Shown: positions 13,700-27,969 of the stretch, in pieces | Numbering within the stretch: the first letter of the stretch is position 1 | How the letters are laid out: each line of letters opens with the position of its first letter | Program-made: the position numbers and the translations under genes | The notes under the pieces: model-generated | What the model was told of the DNA's origin: nothing | Database searches by the model: none | The model's input: the letters and a program-made list of their open reading frames with translations, nothing else | Source of the DNA: Octopus vulgaris | Lineage: Eukaryota | Assembly: GCA_951406725.2 (NCBI GenBank) | Contig: OX597822.1 | Coordinates: 88,288,001-88,352,000, forward strand | Direction: 5' to 3' | Length of the DNA: 64,000 nt

Positions 13700-14690
13700 A
13701 AATTTTGGTACAAGGCCAGCAATATGGAGGAAGGGGATAACCAACTACCCCAGTACTTGACACGTACGTACTTCATCAACTGAGAAAGGATAAAAACCAC
13801 AGTCGACCTTGGCGGACCTCGAAATCAGAGCATAAAGACCAAGAAGAAATTGACGGAAATTTAAATTGATTTATCTGTGAGATATTCCTTTCTAAATTCA
13901 ACTACTTTTGTAAGCTACGGTAAAGTAACGACTAATACATCAATATATTCGGTGAGCTGGCAGAATCAATAGCACACTGGGCAAAATGCTTACCGGTATT
14001 TCGTCCATCTTTACACTCTGAGTTCAAATTCCACCGAGGTCGACTTACTCTTTCATTCTTTCGTCGTCGATAAAATAATGACCAGTTGAGTACTGAGGTC
14101 GATGTAATCCACTTACTCCCTCCCCACGAAATTGCTGGCCTGGTGACAAACCTTGAAATCAGGATCTGCTTAGAGTAACCACCATTTTTGTTTTTCTAAT
14201 ATTATCCACTAGAAATAAAGCGGCGAGCTGGCAGAATCGTTAGCACGCCGGGCGAAATGTCTAGCGGCATTTAGTCTGTTTTTACGCTCTGAGTTCATAT
14301 TCCTCGGAGATCAACTTTCCATTTCATCCTTTGGGGATTTATAAATAAGTACCAGTTGAGCATTAAGGTCGATGAATCGACTTACCCCTTTCCCTCAAAC
14401 TTGTTGGCCTTCCGCCAAAATATGAAACCAATATTATCCACTAGATAGGCGGCGAGCTGACAGAATTGTTACCGCGTCGGACAAAATGCTCTCGTCCGTC
14501 TTTACATTCTAAGTTCAAATGCTGCCAAGATCGGTGAGCTACCGAGACGGATAAAATGTTTCTGGCTCTTTGCGTTCTGAGTTCAAATCCCACCGAGGTC
14601 AACAGAATAAGTACCAGTCAAGTACTAGGGTCAATGTAATCGACTACCCATTGCCCAAAATTTCAGGTTTTACGCCTATATTAAGAAAAG
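13700..14690. mobile_element. Cluster of ~5 degenerate family B SINEs (one minus, ~4 head-to-tail plus)
   Basis: Repeated ggcggcgagctggcagaatcgttagcac...ctgagttcaaattcc..gaggtcgac...aataagtaccagtt units starting near 13950, 14218, 14447 and 14530. Confidence 0.75.
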
Positions 14691-14924
14691 ATATTTCAAT
14701 AGAAATATGAATTTGTTACGCTCATGAGGATTTGCTTTGAACAAAAACTGTAATTAAACAGAATGACATGTTTGATCAAATGATAGAGGAAACGATCGAT
14801 TTCCTTTGAACAGCAGCAGTGAATGTCTTCATCACTTTATAACTCAGTCGTTTGATATGCTAGAAATCGGTGCAGATGCTCTCTTCTATTTCAAACAACA
14901 GCAACAACTAAACGCTCTAATACG

Positions 14925-15157
14925 TATTTCTTTATTACCCACAAGGGGCTAAACATAGAGGGGACAAACAAGGACAGACATAGGTAATAAGTCGATTACA
15001 TCGACTCCAGTGCGTAACTGGTACTTATTTAATCGACCCCGAAAGGATGAAAGGTAAAGTCGACCTCGGCGGAATTTGAACTCAGAACGTAACGGCAGAC
15101 GAAATACGGCTATGCATTTCGCCCGGCATGCTAATGTTTCTGCCAGCTCGCCGCCTT
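14925..15157 (-). mobile_element. Well-preserved tRNA-derived SINE (family B)
   Basis: Minus-strand head aaggcggcgagctggcagaaac, B box gagttcaaattcc, central block cctttcatcctttcggggtcgat resembling the Nin-type conserved SINE domain. Confidence 0.85.
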
Positions 15158-17099
15158 GGTCAAACCATCGAGCCTATATCAGCATGGAAAACAAATATTA
15201 AAACGCTCTAATACGATCACACTATTAAGCAAGAACGGCTATAACAATGATAGCATAAAATAAATAACACGAACAACAATTGCTATTTTTCACATGGAAT
15301 TCCCAGACATTGTTCCTATTTTTAACAATCGGGGTTCCCAGGCGAAAACCTGGGAATCCTGAATGTTAAAAATAGGAATTCTGAAAAGTCTTTCGAAAAA
15401 ATGTTACATGTAGGTGTGCTTATTCCAAAATCCTGCCAAAATCAACAAGTACAACAGAAAAATAATTGAATAATTAGCATGAATATTTATGTATGTAGCT
15501 TATTATAATATAGCGGAAGTGAATAGATTTACAGATGTTGTCAAAAAGTAAATATCACAGTGAATCACTGTCACCGTTCGATTGGATCGAAAACGGATCA
15601 AAGATCCGTTGAAGCATTCGAAATAGACAATAAAAAATTATATTTTATAAAGATATATTTAAATTAGACTTAATACTTCTATTGTATTTATTTTAAATTG
15701 AACAGAATATATTTCCTGTACTTAGACAATTTCTCCCCCTTTTTTTTTTAAACAATGTTTTGGCCAGAGATATGAGGCATCTATCAAAATACATTTTCAT
15801 TCTATTGAAAATTCTATCTGGTCAGTTTGTTTTGATCTTTTCATTCGTGAACAGGAATGTCCTAGATTATGCATCCAGGTCATCATTGTCACATATTATG
15901 TTTATTATATGTTTATACTAACACTTCTCTGTTTTCACGTGGAAGTGCCAGCATAGCTGGCCACCTGGTCATGTCTGTGAATAGATTAGGACTTAGCAAG
16001 GAAAGAACATTTCTTCCAAGTCTTTACATTCTGAATTCAAATCTCGCTAAGAACATTTTACTCTTTTGGGATCAATAAAATAAAGTGCCAGTGAAACACT
16101 GTGGACTATATTATTCCTCTTCCCCCAAATTCCAGGCCCCTTGCCTGTTAGAAACATCATCATTATTATTGCGATTAAACCTACCTGCCAGCAATATGTA
16201 CGCGCGCGCGTGCACACACGCATGCATGCATACATGCATATGCACACACACACGCACACTCAAACATCCACTAGTGTTCGAATAAATCAAAATACACTGG
16301 TATTTAATCTAGTTCGTTGGTATTTTGTAAAGCTAATGCAAAGACGAGCAATAGTTTGGAATAGATCGTTTTAAGTTATAACGATAAAATTCGTTATGAA
16401 AAACTAGCTGCAATAATATAAAGGTCATGAAAGAACAAATATAGAAAATAAAAATGGTATTATTCTTCCTTTGAGACTGACATTTCAACCAGAACACTGT
16501 TGTCGACAGGGTATGGCTCTGGCTTAAGTTGATATATTTGTCAATAAACAGGCTGTGTGCAAGACTGAGAAAAAGTTTAATGCTGACAAGAAAGCTATGT
16601 TCTCAAAATAGTATTTCTATATAAAACAGATTATAGTTCAAAAGTATCATTAGAAAATGCTTTATGGAAGTTAACAGAATATATCTATGGAACACCTTGT
16701 TGGAAAATGGACTTTAAAAATGAAATCAAGTGATCAATTCTTCGGTTATTGAACAGATTGAATTCCACGAGAAAATAAAGAAAACCTGAGTACCACCAGT
16801 TCCTCCCCCCCCCTTTTTTTTTTACTCCAGGCCGATACTTGTCCTTTAACTATTAGTACCGGTATTTATATCGAACTCGTATGAACTGGAAAATTAAGAG
16901 TTAAAAGTCTATTTTTCATCCCTCCTGCTATCTTAACATAAACCCCGTTCTAATATTAATGTGTGACAACTGTGACTTTAAAGTTTACCGTTATGGTTAG
17001 AGCTAAAGTAAAAAGGTTGTTCTACGGTGGCATATGAAGCAGAAAAAAAAAAGCGGTATGTTAAACATTTATATCAAGGGCGATAATAAGAGCACTTAC

Positions 17100-18337
17100 T
17101 TTGTTTCTGCCTCTTTCTCTCGGGACTCAATTTTTCATATTGCTCCTCGGGGATATCTTCCATTCTCTCTTCAACGATTTGATCTCTGCTTTCCACAGAC
17201 TTTTCAACGATACCTCCGGGCAGTATTCTCACCGTGTATTCAGTGATACCACTTGAAAGGGATTCATAAAACTTGTTTGGTTCACTGACTATCTCTGTTT
17301 CACAAACTGTGCTATCTAACAGAGTTTCCGTCTTATGTGGCCCTTTTGTGTCATAACTGGTTTCCACAGTAACTTGAGTGTAGGTGGCAAAGCCTCTGAC
17401 TTCTTTTTCTTCGCTAACTCTTCTTTCATCCCTTTCCTCGATTTCCTCTTCTTCCTCTTCTTCTTCCTCTTCTTCCGCATCTCCATCCTCTTCATCTTCA
17501 TCCTCTTCATCCTCTTCTTCATCCTCCTCTTCTCTCTCCACATTTATATGTTCCACATCAACAATGTAAACGGGACTACTAATCGACAGCTTTTCGTTAC
17601 TTTCCACATCCTCAAGAACACTATCATCTCCCATCGATTCACTCACGGCAGTTGTTGTCTCTGCGGTTGCTTCAATATCTTCGGCAATGTTACTAGAGGC
17701 AGTGTCTGACATTCCAGGAGAGCTCAGCAAGTCACTTTTCTCATGAGTAACCTCATCTTTGTCTTCGACAGTCTTCAGTTCCCTTCTTTCAAATCCACCG
17801 ACATTTCCAAACCCACCCGAACCACTAACAATTTCACTGTAGCTTGACCCTTCACTTAAACCAGACATTTGATAACCTCTCTTTTCATTACTTCCTAAAA
17901 ATGTTGTATCCGAAGTATCTCCAGAAGTGGGGGACGGAGATTTTTCCGACATTATTTTAGACGTTGCTTTACTCCATTCACTACCATGGAAAGTTATCTC
18001 TTCTGGAGACTCCATGCGAGCTTGGTTGGAATATTGACCGCTAATTCTACCATCGACGGGAATTTCTTCAATTTCTTCCATAAAAGAACGAGTTTCTCTG
18101 TAAGTCGTCTGGTCTACGTCTACACCATCGATGTCGTAATTCTTATCGTCTTCACCGCCTACTTCACTGTCAAAATCAGTCAACGCTAAATCACTTTCAA
18201 ATTGACTGGTTTCGTTGGTTGATGCATAACCAGTATGCTGGAAAGGAGTTTCATCTGGACTCCGGGGTTCCGTTGGGTTTCCACTTGTAGAACGTTGGCT
18301 GCCACTCTCTGAACGATTATTATCGTGGTCTGCCATG
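17100..18337 (-). CDS. Large coding exon of a host gene; acidic, Ser/Glu-rich, probably disordered N-terminal region (gene not identified)
   Basis: Open for ~412 codons in non-repetitive sequence. Acceptor tctttcag|CATGGCA at 18337 (ATG at 18336) and donor CAAA|gtaagt at 17100/17099 (phase 1). Contains a poly-E/D tract. Confidence 0.8.
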
Positions 18338-19621
18338 CTGAAAGATCAGAACTGTTTCTTGCGACTGCTAACTTGCTAAGTAACACCAGAATACAAATCA
18401 CTGCGAATGTGGATTCAACAGGCTTCTGATTTTGTACACGCTTCCACCATGACACATTCCAAGTATATGTGAAATTAGTAAATTGCCCAGTCAGTAGCTT
18501 CACACACACATATGCATGTATATACACACATATATATAAGTGCACGTATGCTCATACATACACTCCCACTAATTCGTGGCACGTTCAAAGAATGAGAATT
18601 CCGACCGCGTTCTTTCAGTAAAAGTTAGGTTTCGTCTTCAGCACTGATAGTTTGATAGATAGATTGATTCGGCGAGGAATGTCTTCCAGTCTAAATAATC
18701 TCATTTGGTAATTTAATTCAAAGGGAGGTGGACGAGGAGACAGTAAGGACAATGAATAAGAGAAAGCAAGGCAGAATAAAATAGAAATGCAGTAAGGTGG
18801 AATGCGGGAGAGCAAGAGGGAAACAGAGAGGGGTAGTATGCAAATCTGTAATAAAAAAAATAAGTAACAGACATGTATTTAAAAAGTATAGAGAGAGAGA
18901 AAGAGAGAGAAAGAGAGAGAAAGAGAGAGGTGGGGTGATGGAAGGAAGAAAAGATAAATTGATAATTTATTGAGGTGTCAGGAAACCAAAAGTAAAGCTA
19001 CGTTTACAGTAATGGTTAAGGGGTAGATAGAGAGGAGAAAGCGCCATCAGGAGCGATAGAAAGGAACAAAATGAAAGTAACAGGGGGAGAAGGAGAAGGA
19101 GGAGGAGCTACCGAACTATTCGAAATGACCCAGGTCTGAGAGAGTGCTGACATAGAGGACGAAAGTGTTACTCCCATCTACAACTGTCCAGTAGCAACGA
19201 TGTTGACTGCTGTCGTTGTTGTTGCTGTCACTGTTGTTGCTGTCGCTGTCATTGGTGCTGATGGTGGTGGGGTGGTGGCTGAGGTGTAATAATGGTGCAG
19301 GTGAATTTGGTTATGATGGTGATTATAATGCGAGTGGCAACTACAAATTTTGCTACTGTTTTTCTTGGTGTCTATTATTTTTGATGAAGCCTCCTACATG
19401 CGCATTCCTCTGTCTTTTGGTGTAGTTGTAAGTTGACACAACAATGCAGGCACCTCTACCACCCAACATCCTGTTTATGTTAACTGCTTATACATTCTTA
19501 TTTGCGGTCCCCGAACAGCTAAGCCGTATTCTATTCCATGGGTCTTTGCGATGATGCACAAGAATTTCAAAAGAAACTAACACTGGAAATCTTTATCTAT
19601 ATGACATACTTAACGTATGTA

Positions 19622-20134
19622 CAGTAAATACTCGAGTATAGTCCGCCCTTGAGTATAATACGCAGGGGATTTTTAGGGTTCTGTACCCCTGAAAAACCTA
19701 AACCTTGTATATAATACGCACCCCTTCTCTAACTTGAGTCAAGGAGGTCTATATAACGTTCTTGGCTTGTAAAAATGTATACGGTAACGTTCTTTATTAT
19801 TATTGTATATATAACATAATGCAAACGTATTGCTTTTTTTGTGCATTTTGTTTGCAGAAAATAAAGAAATAACAGTAATAACGTTTAATAAATGTTGCTT
19901 ACTGCAAGTTATGGATGATTCTTTTATGACTTCATTGCTTTCAGGCTTAGCTTAAGGTATTTTCGCACCCGACTTCACAAAATGCGTTTGAATAAACATT
20001 GACGGACAGCAAATAGAGACTCGGACATTGCTTAGAAAATATTTTTCATTTTTAACCTCGTATATAGTACGCACCAGGGATTTTGACCTTTAAATTTTGG
20101 GAGAAAAATGCGGATTATATTCGAGGATTTATGG
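19622..20134. mobile_element. Tc1/mariner/pogo-superfamily MITE, copy 2
   Basis: Same TIRs and body as 331-827; TA flanks. Confidence 0.9.
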
Positions 20135-20394
20135 TATATCGTAGAAAAGAGTCTCTATACTTCAGACTGGCCGGGACGATTTTGTATCAGAGGCGACTCG
20201 AGTGCGTGACACTGACAAGCCTTTAAAACAGCAGCCGTCACTCTCACGGTCGCTTCCGACGCAATTTCTTTTCGTCTAGCTCTGAAATATGTTGTCTTTT
20301 TAACATAATACGTCTATAAAGGGACCTTTTCCCAAACAAACTCTTCAACTGCTGGCTTTTCTGCAATATAAATGCGTCAGTGATATTTATCTAG

Positions 20395-20580
20395 AACCGG
20401 GCAAAATGCTTATAGGTACTTCGTCCAATTTTACATTTTGAGTTCAAATTCCACCGAGGCTGACTTTGCCATTCATCCTTTCGGGATCGATAAAATAAGT
20501 ACCAGTTAAGCACTGGGGACGATGTGATCGTTTAGTTCCCTCCCCTAAAATTCCAGGCCTTGTGCTAATAGCAGAAATAT
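20395..20580 (+). mobile_element. Degenerate family B SINE
   Basis: gagttcaaattccaccgagg...catcctttcgggatcgataaaataagtaccagtt. Confidence 0.7.
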
Positions 20581-20633
20581 ATTAATCTGGAACTGCTTTT
20601 ATTGTAAAATTCGAATCTTAACAATGGAAATAC

Positions 20634-21003
20634 TGTTTCTACGTCTGGGACAGGGCTACGCCACATACTTAGACAACATCTAAAATAATTAATAATAAAA
20701 ATAAATGAAAGACCCATTAATTGGCATGGGGTCTTTCACCAATACACCTCTGGCCTACACACTTGCGGTTTCCTCCCTCTGATCTTCTTACTGCTACTAT
20801 AATGACGCCTGTCCTTCACGCTGTATGTTCGCGTGTCACCTCCTTACGCGCCTAACCACTCGTATCTTCTCCCTTTGTCAGCCAAATTGTGTCAGTCCAC
20901 CACCTTCAAACCCCATACTAAGCCCAATTATTCTTCTCGAGTTCAATCAACTCCTTAGATTAGTGTGACCAGGAAATTACATTACTGGGACAATGTCCTA
21001 ACA
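20634..21003. mobile_element. Possible solo LTR
   Basis: TGT...ACA ends and non-coding content; no TSD found. Confidence 0.3.
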
Positions 21004-21429
21004 TTGATACAAACTAAACCACGTACACACACTCACACACACACGTATAAATTTGAAAAATGAGCGTAGGGATTTTCCGTCTGCGTCGACGGAGATCAAT
21101 CAAATTGTTCGACCAACTGAACTCCCGACTCGCTAAATTCATTTGTAAGTAGCTGAGCATTCCGCCGACACGCGCTTCTTTAACGTGCTTTCTTGACAGA
21201 AATAATGTGATACAGTGTGTGACAAGGCTGGTTCCTTGTTGAAAGCACGAAATAGGGAGTAGTAAAGCATTAAATAGGGAGTAGTAAAACGGTTGACAAC
21301 TGATGAAGAGTTATCTTCTTTTAGTATTTTGTCCTGTACTTATCTCTCGTGTGTTTACGTATTTTTCACTCGTTGGTGATTTCCAGTACTTAATGTGTAT
21401 TAAGATCAGCAAAAGAAAGACGCCCAGAT

Positions 21430-22056
21430 AACGTTGTCTCCTACAGCCATCCAAGCTTTTGAATCTGTCAAATCTGACCTTGCTCAAGCATCCTTCCTCG
21501 CTCATCCTGTTCCGGATGCAAAATTATCACTTACTATTGATGTCATCATCTGCTATAGGCGCAGTTTTAGAGCAACCTGTCAACAGCCGAAGCCAGCCAT
21601 TAGCCTTCTTCTCGCGCTAGCTGAAATGTGCTGAAATGAGATATAGTGTGTTTGGTAAAGAACTCTTAGCAATTTACCTGGCGGTGAACCTTTTCTCATA
21701 TCTTCTCGAAGGTAGAGATTTCACGATTTTCACCGACCACAAACCGCTCTCTTTGCTAAAACGGACCGGTACTCGCCCAGAGAAACAAGACACTTGGACT
21801 ACATATCACAGTTCATAAGTGACATTCGCCACATCGCTGGCACTGACGACATCCCCGCCGACGCCTTATCTCGCCTGCCTATCGGCGCATTGTCGTCTCC
21901 TGCTTCGATTGATTTGGTTGCTATGACTACTGACCAACCCTCCTTGGACTCCCTGGACGTCTTTTCACCACAGTTTTCCTGCTGCAAGTTTGAAACCTGC
22001 CTCTGCCTTTTTCAAAAGGAACCATTCTATGCGATGTTTCTACCGGTTACCACGAC
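21430..22056 (+). pseudogene. Ty3/Gypsy pol fragment (RT connection/RNase H), frameshifted
   Basis: AFESVKSDLAQASFLAHP, RYSVFGKELLAIYLAV, FTIFTDHKPL, HIAGTDDIPADALSR are typical Gypsy RNase H motifs. Confidence 0.9.
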
Positions 22057-22061
22057 TTACT

Positions 22062-22099
<38 letters not shown>

Positions 22100-22492
22100 T
22101 CTTTTTATTTGTTTCAATCATTTGACTGCGGCCATGCTGGAGCACCGCCTTTAATCGAGCAACCCGACCCCGGCACTTATTCTTTGTAAGCCCAGTACTT
22201 ATTCTATCGGTCTGTTTTGCCGAACCGCTAAGTGATGGGGACATAAACACACCAGCATCGGTTGACAAGCAATGCCAGAGGGACAAACACAGACACACAA
22301 ACACACACACATACATATGTATATATACATATATACGACGGGCTTCTTTCAGTTTCCGTCTACCAAATCCACTCACAAGGCTTTGGTCGGCCCGAGGCTA
22401 TAGTAGAAGACATTTGCCCAAGGTGCCACGCAATGGGACTGAACCCGGAACCATGTAGTTGGTAAACAAGCTACTTACCACACAGCCACTCC
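22057..22492 (-). mobile_element. Family A SINE inserted in the Gypsy relic
   Basis: Near-identical to 13228-13640 and 52947-53347. Confidence 0.85.
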
Positions 22493-22619
22493 TAATTTTT
22501 TGTCAATTTCAATTGTTCATACAACTGTTTTTGCCATGGTTCGTTCTTCTGTACCCTCCTAGTGCACACTCCGCCTACACTATTATTAATCGATTGCTTC
22601 CGGTCTAAGAGCGGTCTTC

Positions 22620-22965
22620 TGTAGGCGCAGTTGCCCCCACCCCCCTGACAGTGGGTTAAACAAATTGAACATATAGAGGGCCTTACGGAACATTAAGGTT
22701 CAAATACTCATCTCTTTCTCTTTTTGTACTGGGACGCGAGCTGTGAAGACGCAACCTGACTGGCTTTCTCTCATACCACACGCCAGCTTGCAGATAGGAG
22801 CATATCACAGAAGACCATGGCCTCTACGCACCAATCATTCCGTTGTGTATATACGTTCGGCCACAATAAACGTATTTAAAGTTACTACCTTGTTTATTTT
22901 TCATCCGGTTCTACCACCAAATGAGATTACAACCTTTTGAGTGAGTCACATTAGGTGACTCAACA
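22620..22965 (+). mobile_element. Probable 3' LTR of the Gypsy relic
   Basis: TGTAGG...CAACA ends with internal AATAAA; lies downstream of the pol fragment in the same orientation. Confidence 0.55.
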
Positions 22966-23233
22966 ACAACCTATCCATGTATGTATGTATGTATGTATGT
23001 ATGTATGTATGTATGTATGTATGTATGTATGTATGTATGTATGTATGTATGTATTGGATATTGAAACGAAGGGTTTACACGTGGTATCTCACTGGGTAAA
23101 GCACGGTCACTTTAACGGTGATTGTTATGTACATGGCAAATGAAAGACGGATATTGTCGTGATTAATAATAAATACTCGTATATTCCATCTACGGTCTTT
23201 CATTTGCCATATGTGTGTGTTTGTGTGTGTGTG

Positions 23234-25841
23234 TAGGCATACCTCACCCTACGTCGTTAATTGGTTCCAGGAGACACAACTCAATCGAAAAACGACTTAA
23301 GTCGAATTAACTTGCCTCCAGGCTAAACCGATAATAACCATCCTCAGTTTTGTACTTTATTTACGAATGCATTGTCAATAATACATGGTTAATAGAAACC
23401 TATTTTAAGCGTGCAAACAAATAATTGTTATTTTTTAATACAGAGCAGTAAAAATTAAAAAAGTAATCTAAATTTACAAATACAATTTGGCGGTGTTTAC
23501 TGTATATCACGGACGCTTTATTTAAGAATGCGGTTTGCAATAAGACATGGTAAAATAAAAACCTTTTTTAAGCTTAAAAAACAAATTCAGTAATTCAGAG
23601 ATTTATTATTGTTATCATTATTTTGCAGCAGTAAAAAAAAAAAAACTAAAAAATGTTTAATTTATCAATATGTACATACAATTTGGTGGCTTACATCGCG
23701 GATGTTGATGGCTGTGGATCGTCAAGATCAACAGCTGAGTCTTGCTGTTCTTGTTCGATGCGCTTAAAAGATCGACTGAGAGTTCTTTGAACTGTCTTCT
23801 TTTCCTCAAGGGTTACATTATAAGGAGCAAAAGCTTCGTGACAAGCCTCCATAATCTTAGAAAAGCGTTGAGCATTTGTTTCCATATCCTCGAATATAGA
23901 AACACCTTTTTCGATATATGCAAATGCTTGCTGAATTTGCTTACTGGTAAAGTGACGTGGCTCAGGTTCGACTTCCTCTTCTTTTTTTATTTTGCTGCTC
24001 GTGAAGCTCTCTCAAATCATCGTTCGTCAGGGGCTGCTTGGCTTTTTCAAATAAATCTGTGAAATCCTCCTCCAAATCCATTTCCAGTTCTTTGCTCGTA
24101 ATCACCAACGTTTTGTTGATGGCAACATTATCAAATCCCTGAAAATCATTCACGAATTGCGGGCAAAGCTTCTTCCTTACACCATTCATAGCCGTGTTCT
24201 GTACATCATTCCATGCCACTGCTATGTTCTGTACAGCTTTGTAGATATCGTATCTCTTCCAAAAGTCACGAAGTGTGATGGACTCATCAAAATCAGTTGC
24301 GACAATTGCTTGCCGCAGCGTACGTTTCATATAGTAACACTTGAAGACAGCAATTATTCCCTGATCCATTGACTGCAGAAGAGATGTGGCGTTCGGGGGG
24401 AAGTATACGATAGTAACATTGGGGTCAAAATTTACGGTGTTTTGCGAGTGCTCAGGAGCATTATCGAAGAGAAGTAAAACCTTAAAAGGAATTCCCCTCT
24501 CCTTACTATACTTCTCTGCTGATGGGATAAAATGATTGAAGAACCAATATTCAAAAACAACAGTAACCCAGGCTTTTGAATTAGCCATCCATATAACAGG
24601 GAGAGATGCTTTGGGTATGTTCTTCAGGGCACGGGGGTTGTGTACATGATACACAAGCAATGGCTTTAACTTAAAATCTCCTGCACAATTACCTCCCAAC
24701 ATAATGGTCACACGTTTTTTTGAGACCTTGTAGCCTGGAATAGTTTTCTCCTCTTTGGAAATGAATGGTTTGGCATTTTTTTCCAATACAATCCAGTTTC
24801 GTCTATGTTAAAAATTTGTTCGAGAAGAAAACCGTTTTCTTCGATGATTTTCTTTAATGCATTAAAAAATTCCGCTGCTGCTTGTTCGTCAGCTGATGCA
24901 CTTTCACCTTGCTTCTTAATGGAGTGATCACTTCTTCGCTCCTTAAATCTCATGAATCATCCTTGACTTGCCTTGAACTCTACATCTTTTTTCACCTGGA
25001 TATTTTTTTCTTCAGGTCCTCAAACAAAAACAACGCTTTCTCTTGAATGATTTCTTGACTAATAGTAGCACGCTGACGATTCAACCTAACAATCCAAAGA
25101 GAAAGAAGACTTTCTATTTCTTCATAGATTTTGCCTCTTTTCTTATTGATGACAGTGTTCTTCATCCTTGGGGCTTCAGATTTGATATGTGCTAAATCTT
25201 GTATTTATTATGTACAATCGTTGATACAGTTGTCCGACTCATCCCAAAAGATCGTGCAATTGCTACCACTTTTTCACCTTTTTCATGGCATTTTATCACA
25301 GCCAGTTTATCTTCCAGCGTTATAGCATGACGCTTAGCACTTACACTATGACTTTTTGTAGGAGTCATAGAGGCAAAAAATAAAGTCACAAATGAATGAG
25401 AATGAGAAAGTAGCCGATAAACAGACGTAAACAAATCTCAATTCAAAACAATCGCGGGATTCACAAGTGACAACGACGCCTAACGGTAGATATTGGAACT
25501 ACAGTGCAATATGAGCTCCGAAAAACCGATAAATAAGACAACACAACTGATTTCATGATTACGTTCACTAAGCTACACTACTTTATGGTGTGTATCTTAA
25601 CATTTACTTTACGTATATTAATATGATTTTATATGCTTTTATTCTTATTTATTTCTAGTAACATGATTTTATGTGCTTTTAACGGTTTTCTAGTGATTTT
25701 ACGATTCCATTATTTGTGGTGGAGAGACGTAAAGTCGAGTAAAATGACTTAACTTGATTTTTATCTTTCCTAATTATTATTTTTGAAAACCGACGTATAA
25801 TCGCAAACGACTTAAATCGAAACGACTTAAGTCGAAGTATG

Positions 25842-25845
<4 letters not shown>
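23234..25845 (-). mobile_element. Tigger/pogo DNA transposon, near full length, transposase disrupted
   Basis: TIR-like ends (t)aggcatacctc... / ...gtcgaagtatgtctg|ta. CENP-B-type HTH (AITLEDKLAVIK), IFNIDETGLYWK, DNAPEH and LLQSMDQGII are split by frameshifts from 25434 to 23691. Confidence 0.92.
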
Positions 25846-25889
<44 letters not shown>

Positions 25890-26127
25890 AAGGGCTTCTT
25901 TCAGCTTCTGTCTATCAAATCCACTCACAAGTATTGTTTGGTCCTAGCAAGCTTCTTACCACACAACCATGCCTGCACCTATATATATACACACATTATT
26001 TTTATTTGATCGTCACTTTAGTTTTATTATCGTTATATTACTTCCCAGAGTTCTCGGTCTTACCTGCTCTGGTTGATGCAAATTATAAGCTTTGGCACCT
26101 GAATGTTAACTTATCGTGGAAGACACT

Positions 26128-26502
<375 letters not shown>

Positions 26503-27969
26503 TTCATTAGCAGCTTCTTGCAATTCTGTTTCCATTTCTTGCCAAGTCTTTCGTCACACATTTTGTGACCTCTTCAACAACTCTTTGTCCTATGTCTCTC
26601 CTCTTGCTCTGCTTATTCCATTTTCAGCAAAAGATTACCATCCCCAAGTATAACAATATCTGTTTCGATAGACGTTCTCACATAAAATATCTTGCAAAAT
26701 AAATACATAATCGTACATATATACATCATTTTCTAAATTCCTAGAATTTCGATTCGAGATTATGTGCTGAAACTGATACTGTCATGTATAGATGGATTTA
26801 TACTGATAAAGTCTTTTGGCACACTCAACATTTACTGATCACTTTATTTGCATCTTTTGTTTGGCTGCATTGTTTGAAATTTTAAAATTAAATGAAATTT
26901 TTCAAATTTGGTGTATTGGTATAATTTTTCACGCTGAATCTCATGGCCTAATTCACTTGTTCCAGAAAATTTCTTTTAAAAGTTACAGAAGTTTAAAGTT
27001 TGATATTTTTACCCAGTCAGAAAACAGGATTTGGAAGCTGTCATTTTGTGCTTGACTGCACGTGTTGTCAACACTGCGTGTTTTAATATCAAACTGTAAA
27101 CAAATGAAATATTGGCGGAATTCTGCTTTACGCACGCCATATAAATCTACGTACCCTTTTAAAGTTTTGGAATTTTCAGAAAATTCTTCCTAATTTGTAT
27201 TCTGCACACGGGAATTCATACGATTATACAAAAACAAAAAACTGGTGTGTAATTTAAGGTTTATTTACCCGTTATTTTTAGCACACCTCAGGACCACCTC
27301 ATACCTCATGTGTTAATAAGCGAAAAATGACCACGTTGTAGACAGGACAGCAACAGAGGGGCAAGCAGCTTGGTAACCGCTTGACTTGTTACTATGGAAA
27401 CGGGCACCTATATGTCTGTGTCTTTCGATTGACTAAAATTACCCAAACTTTGCAAACTTTTTTATTTATTGATTTATAACCAAAAATAAATTTCATGACA
27501 ATAATTACCATACAAAACTACATCATTACACCAAATATGAAATCAATTGGAACAAAACTGAAGAAATTGAAAAGTGGCTGCCAAACAGCCTCTTTTGGGG
27601 CGGTGGGTTGTCTTCCCAGAAATCTTTCAACGCACTTTTTTTCTGTGTTCTTCTCATTGATTTTAAATTCTCCAAATGATTTTTTTTCTTGAATGCTATG
27701 TTGCCAAGTCTCATGTCATGTGGAGTGTGAACTATTGTCATGCTACAGCTTATATTTATTTGCTTGTTTTTACTGTTGTCAACATTAAAAATAACCGTGT
27801 TTGTGTGAGGTGGTTGACTGTAGTTGCATCTCATGTGATAGACTATACTTTCAGTTTTAAAGTTTATCTGTGGGCAGGTTGCACGCATTCAGTTGCAGTA
27901 ATTATGATGGTCATAGCAAGGATGATGATGACGACGATGACGACGACGACGACGACGGTGATGAACAAA

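Noticed and set aside
17316-18189. Overlapping alternative-frame and antisense ORFs
   Set aside because: Shadows of the GAA/GAG-rich real exon.
23691-25434. Domesticated TIGD/CENP-B-like host gene
   Set aside because: Multiple frameshifts and retained TIRs indicate a dead transposon copy.
26810-27660. Possible non-autonomous DNA transposon remnant (also ~6000-6480)
   Set aside because: Looks repeat-like, but no TIR pair, TSD or second copy could be established by eye.
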